From Patescibacteria group bacterium (lineage in GTDB: Bacteria; Patescibacteriota; Patescibacteriia; SG8-24; DYFX01), in the NCBI GenBank assembly GCA_030583805.1, contig CP129476.1:117453-181452 (forward strand): DNA of 64,000 nt, in the 5' to 3' direction. How positions within the stretch are numbered: the first letter of the stretch is position 1; every line of letters begins with the position of its first letter. A model generated the notes under the pieces. It saw only the letters and a program-made list of their open reading frames with translations. It was not told the origin of the DNA and searched no databases. A program made the translations under genes and the position numbers. Below, piece by piece: positions 55,443 to 64,000 of this stretch.

Positions 55443-56708
55443 TTATTTGCCGATATGCGTTTTGCCGCCCATCCATGGACGCAGGACTTCCGGAATACGG
55501 ACCGTACCGTCGGCTTCCTGGCAGTTCTCGAGAATGGAAATAAGAATGCGGCCGATTGCGAAAGCCGTGCCGTTCAGCGTGTGCACGTATTCGCGCTTTT
55601 GCGTTTCAGGATTCTTCCAGCCGATGTTCAAACGGCGGGCTTGGAAGTCGGTGCAGTTCGAGGTGGAGTGCGTCTCCCGGTACGTCTGTTGCGACGGGAT
55701 CCACGTTTCAAGATCCCACTTCTTCGCGGCCGGCGTGCCGAGGTCGCCCGAGCAGATGTCGAGCACCTGATACGGCAAGCCGAGACCGCCGAGCAGCTCT
55801 TCTTCGCAGGCGAGCAAAAAGGCGTGCTCCGCTTCAGAATCAGAGGGCTTGGTGAACGAGAACATCTCGAGCTTGTCGAACTGATGGACGCGCAGGATAC
55901 CTTTCGTGTCCTTGCCGTACGAGCCAGCCTCGCGTCGGAAGCAGGTCGAGAAAGCGACGTAGCGGATGGGTTTCGACACGTCGAGTGTTTCATCCATATG
56001 CATCGGACCGACGGATTGTTCCGAGGTACCGACGAGGACGAGCGGATCTTGCTGGATCTGGTAGATCTCGTCGCCGTGCTTGTCCGAGTAACCCATCTTC
56101 TCCATGACGTCGGGCTTGATCATCACGGGCGGCACGACGGGGCTGAAACCTTTTGGTACGAGTGTTGAAAGCACGTACTGCACGAGCGCGAATTCCATCA
56201 TTGCGCCGTCGCCTTTCAAATATCCGAAACGCGAGCCGGAAACCTTGGCAGCGCGCTCCGTGTCGATAATGTCGAGCGATTCGCCGAGCGCCATATACTC
56301 CTTGGCCTCGAACGAAAACGCCGTCGGCTCCCCTACCGTGCGCGCCACGACGTTCTCCGTGTCGTCCTTGCCGACGCGCACGTCGGGAAGCGGCAGGTTC
56401 GGAATATCGCGAAGCAAAACATTCTGCGCCTCTTCAGCCGCCTTCAACTCCACATCGATTTCCTTCATCCGCTCTTTCAAGGCCTTCATCGCTTCAAGCG
56501 CCGAGGCTTTGGCGTCCTTGTCGGTTTCCTTGGCGATCTTTTCTCCCGCCTGGTTCTGCTCGGCGCGCATCGCCTCGATTTGGCCGATCAGCTTTCGGCG
56601 CTTTTCATCGGCCTCCAAGAGCGCGTCGACATTCACGTCAACGCCTTTGGCGGCAGCGCCTTTCTTCACGAGTTCCGGGTTTTCGCGGACAAAATTCAGG
56701 TCGAGCAT
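55443..56708 (-). CDS. serS: serine--tRNA ligase
   Basis: MLDLNFVRENPELVKK N-terminal coiled-coil arm. Class II core. Confidence 0.9.
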   Translation of the reverse strand: MLDLNFVRENPELVKKGAAAKGVDVNVDALLEADEKRRKLIGQIEAMRAEQNQAGEKIAKETDKDAKASALEAMKALKERMKEIDVELKAAEEAQNVLLRDIPNLPLPDVRVGKDDTENVVARTVGEPTAFSFEAKEYMALGESLDIIDTERAAKVSGSRFGYLKGDGAMMEFALVQYVLSTLVPKGFSPVVPPVMIKPDVMEKMGYSDKHGDEIYQIQQDPLVLVGTSEQSVGPMHMDETLDVSKPIRYVAFSTCFRREAGSYGKDTKGILRVHQFDKLEMFSFTKPSDSEAEHAFLLACEEELLGGLGLPYQVLDICSGDLGTPAAKKWDLETWIPSQQTYRETHSTSNCTDFQARRLNIGWKNPETQKREYVHTLNGTAFAIGRILISILENCQEADGTVRIPEVLRPWMGGKTHIGK

Positions 56709-56709
56709 A

Positions 56710-57102
56710 TCAGCGGTTCAGGAGCGAAGATTTGTAGGTTTCAGGTTGAAAGGCGGAAAGCCGGATGATTTCGGCCTTGAGGCCGCGTTCGGCAAGCACG
56801 ACTGGGAGCTTCTCCGTGAACGCTTCCTGGTCGTAGCCCAGGCAGATCACGTCGGGCTTCATTTCGCTAAGAATAGCGTATTTATCGCCGGTGCTCCCGA
56901 GAATGGCATTGTACCCGGCAGCGATGAGATCGGCCAGGCGCGCATCTTCGTTTCTGCGCGGGGCGCGCCCCTTCACCTTCTCGACCGTCGCGTCGCGGGC
57001 GACAACGACCGTGAGATCGCCGTGCGAGGCCGCAGCGTCGAGATAAAACTTGTGCCCGGGGTGAAAGCCGTCGAATGTGCCGAAGGCGATGGCTTTAGGC
57101 AT
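56710..57102 (-). CDS. cytidylyltransferase-fold nucleotidyltransferase (RibL/TagD-like, HxGH motif)
   Basis: FGTFDGFHPGH motif. 130 aa. Confidence 0.55.
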   Translation of the reverse strand: MPKAIAFGTFDGFHPGHKFYLDAAASHGDLTVVVARDATVEKVKGRAPRRNEDARLADLIAAGYNAILGSTGDKYAILSEMKPDVICLGYDQEAFTEKLPVVLAERGLKAEIIRLSAFQPETYKSSLLNR

Positions 57103-57931
57103 AGAGCTTTCGGATCAGCGCGGTTATGGTTTTCAGCGTGAACGCCGTCCGCACCGGCGTCGGCGCCACGAGGTCTCCGTGCAGGAGCATGCGCTTGGAA
57201 TGGTGAAGATACCACTCGCTCTCGGGTTCGGCGGCGCGGACGGTCTTTGCGAGACGGGAGAGATCGAACTTCGAGCTCGGTGCCGCCCGCACGTGCAGGT
57301 AGCGGCGCGACGGGTGTTCAAGGACGACAAGCGCGTACCCGAGCTCCGCCGAGATCGTGCTGGCCATGCCGGGCAGCATCGCCGAGCGCACGGCCACGCC
57401 CTTTCCGTGTTTCGTAGCGAACGCCGTGCCGCGGCGGATCGCGCGCAAAGCCTCTTCACGCTCGACGTACAGCGCGAACAAGGCATCCATCAAAACGAAT
57501 CCCCAGCCGGTCGCCATGAGCGAATCTCCGCCGGGAAGTCCCGCGATCGTCTGCAAAATTTTCGTATCGTTGCGGAAGTGGCCCGGCGTTCCGATGCCGC
57601 TTCCCATATCGCCGCGGCGCACGTCATCGACCAAGGCCGCGAGCGCCTTGCCCTCCGCGCCGCCCGGCAGCTTTCCTCGGCGTTTCAAATCTTTCCACAC
57701 CAAGCTCGCCGCGGAGTCCTTGAGGTCGCCCTTATGCTCGTCGTATTTCCCGCGGCCGATGCCGATGCCGATCTGTCCGGCAGGCAGCTTCACGCCGCCG
57801 GCGGATGTCGGGACGAATTCGATGTTGGCTTTTCGGAGCGACGGTTCAAAGCGCTTTAAAAGCCACAAACCGGCGACATCGTCGCGGTGCGGGAAGAGAT
57901 GCGTGACAAGCGTACTAGTCTTCTTTGCCAT
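57095..57931 (-). CDS. hypothetical protein, tentatively UPF0160/MYG1-like metal-dependent hydrolase
   Basis: THLFPHRDD and GRGKYDEHKGD resemble the MYG1 THDGTFHCDE / GGEYD..HRYDHHQ segments. Weak. Confidence 0.35.
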   Translation of the reverse strand: MAKKTSTLVTHLFPHRDDVAGLWLLKRFEPSLRKANIEFVPTSAGGVKLPAGQIGIGIGRGKYDEHKGDLKDSAASLVWKDLKRRGKLPGGAEGKALAALVDDVRRGDMGSGIGTPGHFRNDTKILQTIAGLPGGDSLMATGWGFVLMDALFALYVEREEALRAIRRGTAFATKHGKGVAVRSAMLPGMASTISAELGYALVVLEHPSRRYLHVRAAPSSKFDLSRLAKTVRAAEPESEWYLHHSKRMLLHGDLVAPTPVRTAFTLKTITALIRKLYA

Positions 57932-59414
57932 CGTCGTGCGAAGACGGCTGCTCCGGTCGGAGCGTCGGGAACAAAATAACTTCCTTGATCGAATGCGCGC
58001 CCGTGAGGAGCGCCGTCAAACGGTCGATGCCCATGCCGAAACCGGCCGTGGGCGGCATGCCGTATTTGAGCGCTTCGACGAAGTCGGCGTCGGCCGGCAT
58101 CGCTTCCTCCGAACCCGCTTCGGATTTGCGCGCCTCTTCCATGAAACGCGCTTCCTGCTCGAGCGGATCGTTCAGCTCGTTGTAGGCTTTGGTGACTTCG
58201 ATGCCTTGGACGAGCAGCTGGACCGAGGCGATGCGGTCCGGCTGGTCGGGCTTGCGCTTGGCGAGCGGGATCATCTCGGCCGGATAGTCGATGACGAACG
58301 TCGGCTGGACGATCTTCGGGCGCACGTACGTTTTGTAGAGCGCGTCGACGCATTCGCCGAAGCCGTGCAAGTTGTCGGCGTCGATCTTCAAATTTTTCTC
58401 GGCCAGCGCTTTTTTCAGCGACGCTTCGTCGCGCACGCTTTCTAGGTCGATGCCCGTCCCCTCTTTGATCAGATCGTAAAATTTCTTGCGCGGGTACGGG
58501 CCGGAAAAATCGAGCGTCACGCCGTCGCGCTCGACCGTCATTTTGCCGCCCTGCGTCGCCGAAACGATGCTGGAGACAAGGCGCTCGGTGAGGTTCATGA
58601 GATCCTCGTAGGTCGCATACGCCCAGTAGAATTCGACCTGGGTGAATTCGGGATTGTGCTGGAAGCTGATGCCTTCGTTGCGGAAGCAGCGCGCAACTTC
58701 AAAGACTTTCTCGAAGCCGCCGACAATGAGGCGCTTCAAGAAGAGCTCCGGAGCGATGCGCAGCTGGAGGTCGAGATCGAGCGCATTGTGGTGCGTAGTG
58801 AACGGACGCGCCGCCGCGCCGCCGGCTTGCGTTTGCAGAATCGGCGTCTCGACTTCCATGAAGCCTTCGCCATGCAGGAAATCGCGGATGGTGCGCACGA
58901 CCAGGCTGCGCGTGCGGAAAATGCCGCGCACGTCCTCGTTGGCGATCAGGTCGAGATGGCGCTTGCGGTAGCGGATTTCCACGTCCGACAGGCCGTGCCA
59001 CTTTTCCGGCATCGGCAAGAGCGCCTTCGAAAGCAGGCGCCAGGAACGGGCTTCGAGCGTTTTTTCGCCGCGCTTCGTGAGGAACAGCACGCCCTCGGCT
59101 TCGATGAAATCGCCTAGGTCGATCGCGGCGCCGAAGCGTTCGAACGATTCCGCGCCGATCGTGTCGAGTTTGAGGTGCAGCTGCAGTTTGCCGGATTCGT
59201 CGGCGAGGTCGGCGAAAGCCGCTCCGCCGTGGATACGGATCGCGCGGACGCGTCCGGAGAGCGTGATCGTTTTTTGCTCGCCGCTCCAGGCGTCAAAATG
59301 CGCCACGGCCTGGCTGCAGGTCGCGGTGCGGCGCGCGTCGGCCGGATAGGGGTCCGTACCCGCCTTGCGCAGCTGTTCGGCTTTGTCGCGCCGGACGATT
59401 TCCTCTTCGAGCAT
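57915..59414 (-). CDS. lysS: lysine--tRNA ligase (class II)
   Basis: OB-fold anticodon-binding domain + class II motifs (FRNEG). Confidence 0.9.
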   Translation of the reverse strand: MLEEEIVRRDKAEQLRKAGTDPYPADARRTATCSQAVAHFDAWSGEQKTITLSGRVRAIRIHGGAAFADLADESGKLQLHLKLDTIGAESFERFGAAIDLGDFIEAEGVLFLTKRGEKTLEARSWRLLSKALLPMPEKWHGLSDVEIRYRKRHLDLIANEDVRGIFRTRSLVVRTIRDFLHGEGFMEVETPILQTQAGGAAARPFTTHHNALDLDLQLRIAPELFLKRLIVGGFEKVFEVARCFRNEGISFQHNPEFTQVEFYWAYATYEDLMNLTERLVSSIVSATQGGKMTVERDGVTLDFSGPYPRKKFYDLIKEGTGIDLESVRDEASLKKALAEKNLKIDADNLHGFGECVDALYKTYVRPKIVQPTFVIDYPAEMIPLAKRKPDQPDRIASVQLLVQGIEVTKAYNELNDPLEQEARFMEEARKSEAGSEEAMPADADFVEALKYGMPPTAGFGMGIDRLTALLTGAHSIKEVILFPTLRPEQPSSHDDGKED

Positions 59415-59415
59415 A

Positions 59416-59877
59416 TCAGCAGGTGATGTCCAAAATTTCGTAGGTCGTCACGGAACCGTTCGGCATGACGTTCTCGAAGCGCTCCCCTTTCTTGCGGCCC
59501 AGGAGGGCGATGCCGATCGGCGATTCGTTCGAGATTTTTCCGGCGGAGGGATCGGACTCCTTCGGGCCGACGATGTGGTACTCCTTTTCTTTCTCCCCCG
59601 CCTTGCAGCGCACGCGGCAACCGACGTTTACGACTTCAGTGGACGTCGGGGCGGATACGACGGCGCGGGCGATAAAGCTCTCGAGCTCTTGGATGCGGCC
59701 CTCCATGAAGGCGAGCGCGTCCTTCGCGTCGTGGTACTCCGCGTTTTCGGAAAGGTCGCCCAAGTCCTTGGCTTTGGCGATACGGTCGGCGATCTCAAAA
59801 CGGCGGACGTTTTTGAGCTCATCGAGCTCCGCCCGCATCTTTTCGAGACCCTCTTTGGTGGTGAGATACGACTTCAT
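59416..59877 (-). CDS. greA: transcription elongation factor GreA
   Basis: MKSYLTTKEGLEKMRAELDEL...DLSENAEYHDAKD GreA coiled-coil. ATG 59877 preferred over TTG 59892. Confidence 0.9.
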   Translation of the reverse strand: MKSYLTTKEGLEKMRAELDELKNVRRFEIADRIAKAKDLGDLSENAEYHDAKDALAFMEGRIQELESFIARAVVSAPTSTEVVNVGCRVRCKAGEKEKEYHIVGPKESDPSAGKISNESPIGIALLGRKKGERFENVMPNGSVTTYEILDITC

Positions 59878-59912
59878 AAAATCCGGTCGCAAAGCGATCG
59901 TTTACCACCGCA

Positions 59913-61934
59913 TTATAGGCTGCTGGAAGTCGCCGCGTCAATCGGCTTCGGAGCGGTCTCCGGAGCAGGAAGAGCCGGTGTTTCCGGCCGCATCCAGGCC
60001 TCGATAATATCCCGGGCGACCGGCGCCGAAGCGCGCGAGCCTTCCCCTCCCGCCTCAACGAGCACAACAACGACGATTTCCGGGTTTTGATAGGGGGCGA
60101 AACCGGCAAACCAGGCATGCGTCGGCTTCGTCGAGTTCCACTGAGCCGTTCCCGTTTTTCCGGCGATTTCGACGAATGAGGTTTTCAGGCCTTGTGCGGA
60201 ACCTGCCAGGACGGTCTGCCGCATGCCGTGACGAACGACGTCCACGACGTCGCGCGACACGACCTGTTCCACGACGGTCTCCGATACGGGCTTCGTGATC
60301 GTCTTATCGGATCGGATTTGCTTCACGACGCGCGGCTGCATGATCGTCCCGCCGTTCGCGAATGCCGCCGTCCAAGCGGCGACTTGGAGCGGCGTCGCGG
60401 TCATGTCGCCTTGTCCGATTGCGACGTGGTAGGTGTCGCCGATGTACCAAACTTCGTCTTTGACGCGTTCTTTCCAGGCGGGATCCGGCACGAAACCGGC
60501 CGCCTCGCTCGGCAGGTCGATGCCGAGGCGCGTGCCGAGGTTGAACTTGCGGTACCACGACGCGAGGCGGTCGATGCCGAGGCCTTCGATACGATCCCAG
60601 CCGCCGCCGACGGCATAGAAGAACGTGTTGACCGACTCGGCGATTGCCTTGGTGACGTTCGTGATGCCGTGTCCGCCGCCTTTCCAATCCGGGAAGAACC
60701 AGGCGCCGAAATTAATGCCGCCGTTCGAGAGAACGGTCGTTGACGGCGAAACGACGCCTTCCGCCAGCGCGGCGGCGGCAACGATCGTCTTCACGGTTGA
60801 CCCCGGCGGGAAGGCACCCGCGACGGCGCGCGGGAAAAGGGGCTGGTTTTCGTCCTGCAAGAGTCCCTGGTATTCCTTGTTCGAAATGCCGCGCGCAAAA
60901 AGGTTCGCGTCGTATGACGGCCAGCTGACGAGCGCGAGTATTTCGCCGTTTCTGGGATCCATGGCGACGACGGAGCCGCGGCCGAAGCCGTTGCGCGCCG
61001 CCGAGTTCTTCAGCGCCGTTTCCGCCGCAGCTTGGAGCTTGGCATCGATCGTGAGCGTGATGTCCATGCCTTGGACGGGCTCGTCGGCGGCGAGCACCTT
61101 CTGTTCCCGACCGAAGGCGTCAACTTCGATCTGTTTTTTGCCGTAGACGCCGCGCAGCTCTTCTTCGTAGAAAGCCTCGATGCCTGTTTTGCCGATCGTG
61201 TCCGTCGGCAGATAGCCGGATGTTTTGAGGCGCGCATATTCGCCTTCGTTCACGCGGCCTTCATAACCGATCACGTGCGAGAGACTGAGGATCGGCTCCT
61301 TGGCGCCTTCAGGCTTCAAGATGATTTCTCGCTTCGTGCCGGCGTCGAGCGCGACGCCGGGCAGCCTGCCGCTCTGGATATCGAGCTTGAGCGCCTGTTC
61401 GTAGTCGAGGTGTTCTTTGATCGGTACGGGCGACGCGAGATTCGCCGGATAGTTGCGAAGGCTTTTTTCGATATCGACCGGGGTGAGCCCAACGGCTTCC
61501 GCCAGCTGCACGATCATCTGTTCGCGCGCTTCGGCTTCGCGCGGCACGTCCGCGGGCGTGACGGTCAGGGTGAAATCGGGGACGTTGCGCACGAGCAGTG
61601 TGCCGTTTCGGTCGTAGATGACGCCGCGTTCGGACGGGACGGCCGCGATACGCAGGCGGTTGCCTTCGGCTTGCTGGCGATAGATCTCGCCCTTGCCGAT
61701 CTCAAGATATCCCGCGCGTGCGCCGAGCGCTCCGAGCATGAGGAAAAAAACGACAAAACAAATCTGCAGCTTGCGGGAAGTCAGCGACGGCCCGATATAG
61801 CCGTGATGGCCGAGAGGCTGCTCTTCGAACGGCTGGCCGACCGGCCCGCCCGACGTCTCGTCGATCGTCGGGATCGCCTGCTCGATCGCGCCGTGCCCGA
61901 GCCCTTCAATGTCGGGAAAAAGCGTGCGGGGCAT
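59913..61934 (-). CDS. mrdA: penicillin-binding protein 2 (elongasome transpeptidase)
   Basis: PBP dimerisation + transpeptidase domains. SxxK (PGSTVKT) motif. Sits immediately downstream of mreBCD. Confidence 0.85.
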   Translation of the reverse strand: MPRTLFPDIEGLGHGAIEQAIPTIDETSGGPVGQPFEEQPLGHHGYIGPSLTSRKLQICFVVFFLMLGALGARAGYLEIGKGEIYRQQAEGNRLRIAAVPSERGVIYDRNGTLLVRNVPDFTLTVTPADVPREAEAREQMIVQLAEAVGLTPVDIEKSLRNYPANLASPVPIKEHLDYEQALKLDIQSGRLPGVALDAGTKREIILKPEGAKEPILSLSHVIGYEGRVNEGEYARLKTSGYLPTDTIGKTGIEAFYEEELRGVYGKKQIEVDAFGREQKVLAADEPVQGMDITLTIDAKLQAAAETALKNSAARNGFGRGSVVAMDPRNGEILALVSWPSYDANLFARGISNKEYQGLLQDENQPLFPRAVAGAFPPGSTVKTIVAAAALAEGVVSPSTTVLSNGGINFGAWFFPDWKGGGHGITNVTKAIAESVNTFFYAVGGGWDRIEGLGIDRLASWYRKFNLGTRLGIDLPSEAAGFVPDPAWKERVKDEVWYIGDTYHVAIGQGDMTATPLQVAAWTAAFANGGTIMQPRVVKQIRSDKTITKPVSETVVEQVVSRDVVDVVRHGMRQTVLAGSAQGLKTSFVEIAGKTGTAQWNSTKPTHAWFAGFAPYQNPEIVVVVLVEAGGEGSRASAPVARDIIEAWMRPETPALPAPETAPKPIDAATSSSL

Positions 61935-62454
61935 GTGAGAGGAATGTTTTTTGGAAACGACGGCTTAGCAGGCTCCCGACGCCGATGTATGCCAAGAGCG
62001 CGCCGCCCGCCACGAGGCTTTGGCGGACCGGTGCCAGAAGCGCCGTGGCGGACAGGTCGATAAGCACGGGCACCCCGCCGAAAAGAACGTTGACGCCATC
62101 GAGCGCGGCAAGCGTGAACCATCGGATGGTCGCCGCTGCGGCGGCGATCAGAAACAAGGCGGGCGTACCGGTATTCGTAACGACGCGCTGAAAAAGAAAG
62201 CGCGTTGCGAAAAACGCAACGAAAAGGGCGAGCATTTCGGAGCCGAAGCCGAGGAGGCCGTGCAGGTCGAGCAATAGGCCTCCCAGAAGCGCCCAGCCGG
62301 CCGAAATGACGGGGCGGTCGCGTACGATGCCGTACGCGATCGCGACGATCGGCAACGAAATGGCGGAAAACGGAAACGGCAGCTGTGAGAGAAAGCTGAT
62401 CTGCACGATCGTGCCGACGACCGCCAGCGCCGCATGAAGCAAGAACTTCCACAT
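61906..62454 (-). CDS. mreD: rod shape-determining protein MreD
   Basis: 182-aa polytopic membrane protein between mreC and mrdA. Confidence 0.7.
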   Translation of the reverse strand: MWKFLLHAALAVVGTIVQISFLSQLPFPFSAISLPIVAIAYGIVRDRPVISAGWALLGGLLLDLHGLLGFGSEMLALFVAFFATRFLFQRVVTNTGTPALFLIAAAAATIRWFTLAALDGVNVLFGGVPVLIDLSATALLAPVRQSLVAGGALLAYIGVGSLLSRRFQKTFLSHAPHAFSRH

Positions 62455-62455
62455 A

Positions 62456-63256
62456 CTACGGGAACGGGATCGCGACGACGTCGAGGCGGTCGAGCGCGAT
62501 CGGCGTGGTAATCGTGGCCGTCTTGAACGGGCTCTTTTCCTGGGTTTCCACGGCCGTGATGCGACCGATTAAGAGTCCTCGCGGCGTCATCGGTTCGATG
62601 CCCGAGGTGATGATCATGTCCCCCGTCGTGATCTCCTCGTTCTGCGGGATGAGGCGCATCTCGAGGCTGAGACCGCGCTTGCCTTGGATGACGCCTTGCG
62701 TGCGAGCGGAATTTTGGACGGAAGCTCCGACGCGGCTGCGCGTATCGGTGAGCAGGAGTGCGATCGATGTCGTGCGCTCGGCCTTAAAAATCTTGCCGAT
62801 CAACACGCCGTCCGAAGCCACGACGGGCATGTCCGGGGCGATGCCGTCGTCGGTTCCGCGATCAAGCAGGATTGTATGCGTTCCCGCTTCCGGCGTACGC
62901 GCGAGCACGCGCGCGATGACCGGGGTTTTTTTAAGCTTTTTCGTGTAACCGAGCAGCTTTTCCAGCTCCGCATTTTCTTCCTGGACGGTCGTAAGACGCG
63001 CGACTTCGACTGAAAGCGCGGCGTTTTCGGAACGCAACGCGTCGTTCTCCTGCAAGACGGCGTTGATGCGGAACGGCGCGCTCATGGTCGCGCGAAGCGA
63101 GCGCCCGGCTTCGGCAAGCTTTGCCTCCTGGCCGGCGATTTTTTTAAGCATCCAGGCTTCGGCGTTCGTCGTGACGCCAAGGAGGTGCAGGAAAAAAAGC
63201 AAACCGCCCGCGGCGGCGATCAGGATGATCAGGCGGGATCGGGCGACAGGCGTCAT
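62456..63256 (-). CDS. mreC: rod shape-determining protein MreC
   Basis: N-terminal TM. Coiled coil. Beta-rich C-terminus. Confidence 0.8.
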   Translation of the reverse strand: MTPVARSRLIILIAAAGGLLFFLHLLGVTTNAEAWMLKKIAGQEAKLAEAGRSLRATMSAPFRINAVLQENDALRSENAALSVEVARLTTVQEENAELEKLLGYTKKLKKTPVIARVLARTPEAGTHTILLDRGTDDGIAPDMPVVASDGVLIGKIFKAERTTSIALLLTDTRSRVGASVQNSARTQGVIQGKRGLSLEMRLIPQNEEITTGDMIITSGIEPMTPRGLLIGRITAVETQEKSPFKTATITTPIALDRLDVVAIPFP

Positions 63257-63258
63257 GA

Positions 63259-64000
63259 TTAGGCTCTCGTCGTTTCGGAAGCCGAAGGCAGGGCGATGGT
63301 CTTGAGAAGCTCGGGGCTCTCGAGCAGCATGCCGGTGCCGCGCACGACGCAGGTAAGCGGGTCGTCGGCGATACGGACGGGAATCTCAGCAGCTTTGGAA
63401 ATGACCTTGTCGAGTTCTTTGAGCAAGGCGCCTCCACCCGTCAGCACGATGCCGCGTTCGTAGATGTCGGCAACGAGCTCCGGCGGGGTCTGTTCGAGCG
63501 TGGCCTTGATGTTCTCGACAACGGAACGCACGGAACGGTGGATCGCTTCGCGGATCTGCGCGTCCGTGACGATGATTTCTTTCGGCAGGCCGGTCAGCAA
63601 GTCGCGGCCGCGCATCTCAATTTCCAGCGGTGTTTCAAGTTCCGTGGCCGAACCGATCGCGCACTTGATCGTTTCCGCCGCGTGTTCGCCCAGCAGGAGG
63701 TTGAAGGTGTCGCGCGCGTACTGGACAATATTTTTGTTCATTTCGTCGCCGGCGATCGGAAGCGACTTCCACGTGACGACGCCGCGCAGCGAGATGACGG
63801 CGATCTCCGTTTTGCCGCCGCCGATGTCGACCACCATATTGCCGATCGCTTCTTCGATAGGCAGGCGCGCGCCGATCGCCGCTGCCATCGGGCTTTCAAT
63901 CAAAAAGACTTCGCGCGCGCCGGCGGAAAGCGCTGCGTCCTCGACGGCTTTGCGTTCGACTTCCGTAATTTCGAGCGGCACGCCGATCACGATGCGCGGG
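63259..64000 (-). CDS. mreB: rod shape-determining protein MreB (partial; N-terminus beyond window end)
   Basis: Actin-fold motifs (VVDIGGGKTEIAVISL, GGGALLKELDKV). ORF continues past 64000. Confidence 0.9.
   Translation of the reverse strand, partial: PRIVIGVPLEITEVERKAVEDAALSAGAREVFLIESPMAAAIGARLPIEEAIGNMVVDIGGGKTEIAVISLRGVVTWKSLPIAGDEMNKNIVQYARDTFNLLLGEHAAETIKCAIGSATELETPLEIEMRGRDLLTGLPKEIIVTDAQIREAIHRSVRSVVENIKATLEQTPPELVADIYERGIVLTGGGALLKELDKVISKAAEIPVRIADDPLTCVVRGTGMLLESPELLKTIALPSASETTRA

Noticed and set aside
1-64000. CRISPR arrays and rRNA genes
   Set aside because: No regularly spaced direct repeats or rRNA-like conserved stretches were seen anywhere in the window.

Overview
This window is a high-GC bacterial chromosomal segment (well above 60% GC by eye, with no windowed calculation done). 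It is a conserved housekeeping backbone interrupted by accessory blocks.

Core genes: alaS, a UDP-sugar epimerase, the infA-rpmJ-rpsM-rpsK-rpsD-rpoA-rplQ and rplM-rpsI ribosomal operons, fmt-def, gltX, clpB preceded by a perfect CIRCE operator, and a long minus-strand cell-wall/shape operon (mreB-mreC-mreD-mrdA-greA-lysS-...-serS-alr-ddl-ftsQ).

Several core proteins are shortened or modified. AlaRS lacks the C-Ala domain, RpoA lacks the alpha-CTD, and S11 and S9 carry Lys/Ala-rich N-terminal extensions. This fits a small-genome lineage (CPR/Patescibacteria-like), which is inference only.

Accessory content:
- A trio of secreted Cys-rich lipoproteins and proteases (papain-like, metzincin) at 1.3-3.6 kb.
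- A translationally coupled Wzx/GT4/GT2/GT2/O-antigen-ligase glycan operon at 11.7-17.2 kb.
- A cell-envelope neighbourhood at 20.5-30 kb. It holds large secreted proteins that share an uncharacterised ~55-aa repeat, plus HtrA, a GH-like TIM barrel, an SLT domain protein and a G8/beta-helix protein.
- A small-molecule/DNA-repair cluster at 33-38 kb (VOC, DUF1428, Tag, TspO, pirin).
- A ~6 kb visibly AT-richer island (about 38.7-44.9 kb) inserted next to the 3' end of clpB. It carries a 133-bp direct repeat of the clpB 3' end.

The most interesting candidate system is a translationally coupled operon inside that island. It encodes an HTH-fused C5-cytosine methyltransferase, a DUF3883 (PD-(D/E)xK-like) nuclease with a novel N-terminal domain, a second C5-methyltransferase and a Vsr. 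An orphan HNH nuclease precedes it. The operon looks like an undescribed type II (probably IIS-like, asymmetric-site) restriction-modification system.

No CRISPR array, rRNA or convincing tRNA was seen.
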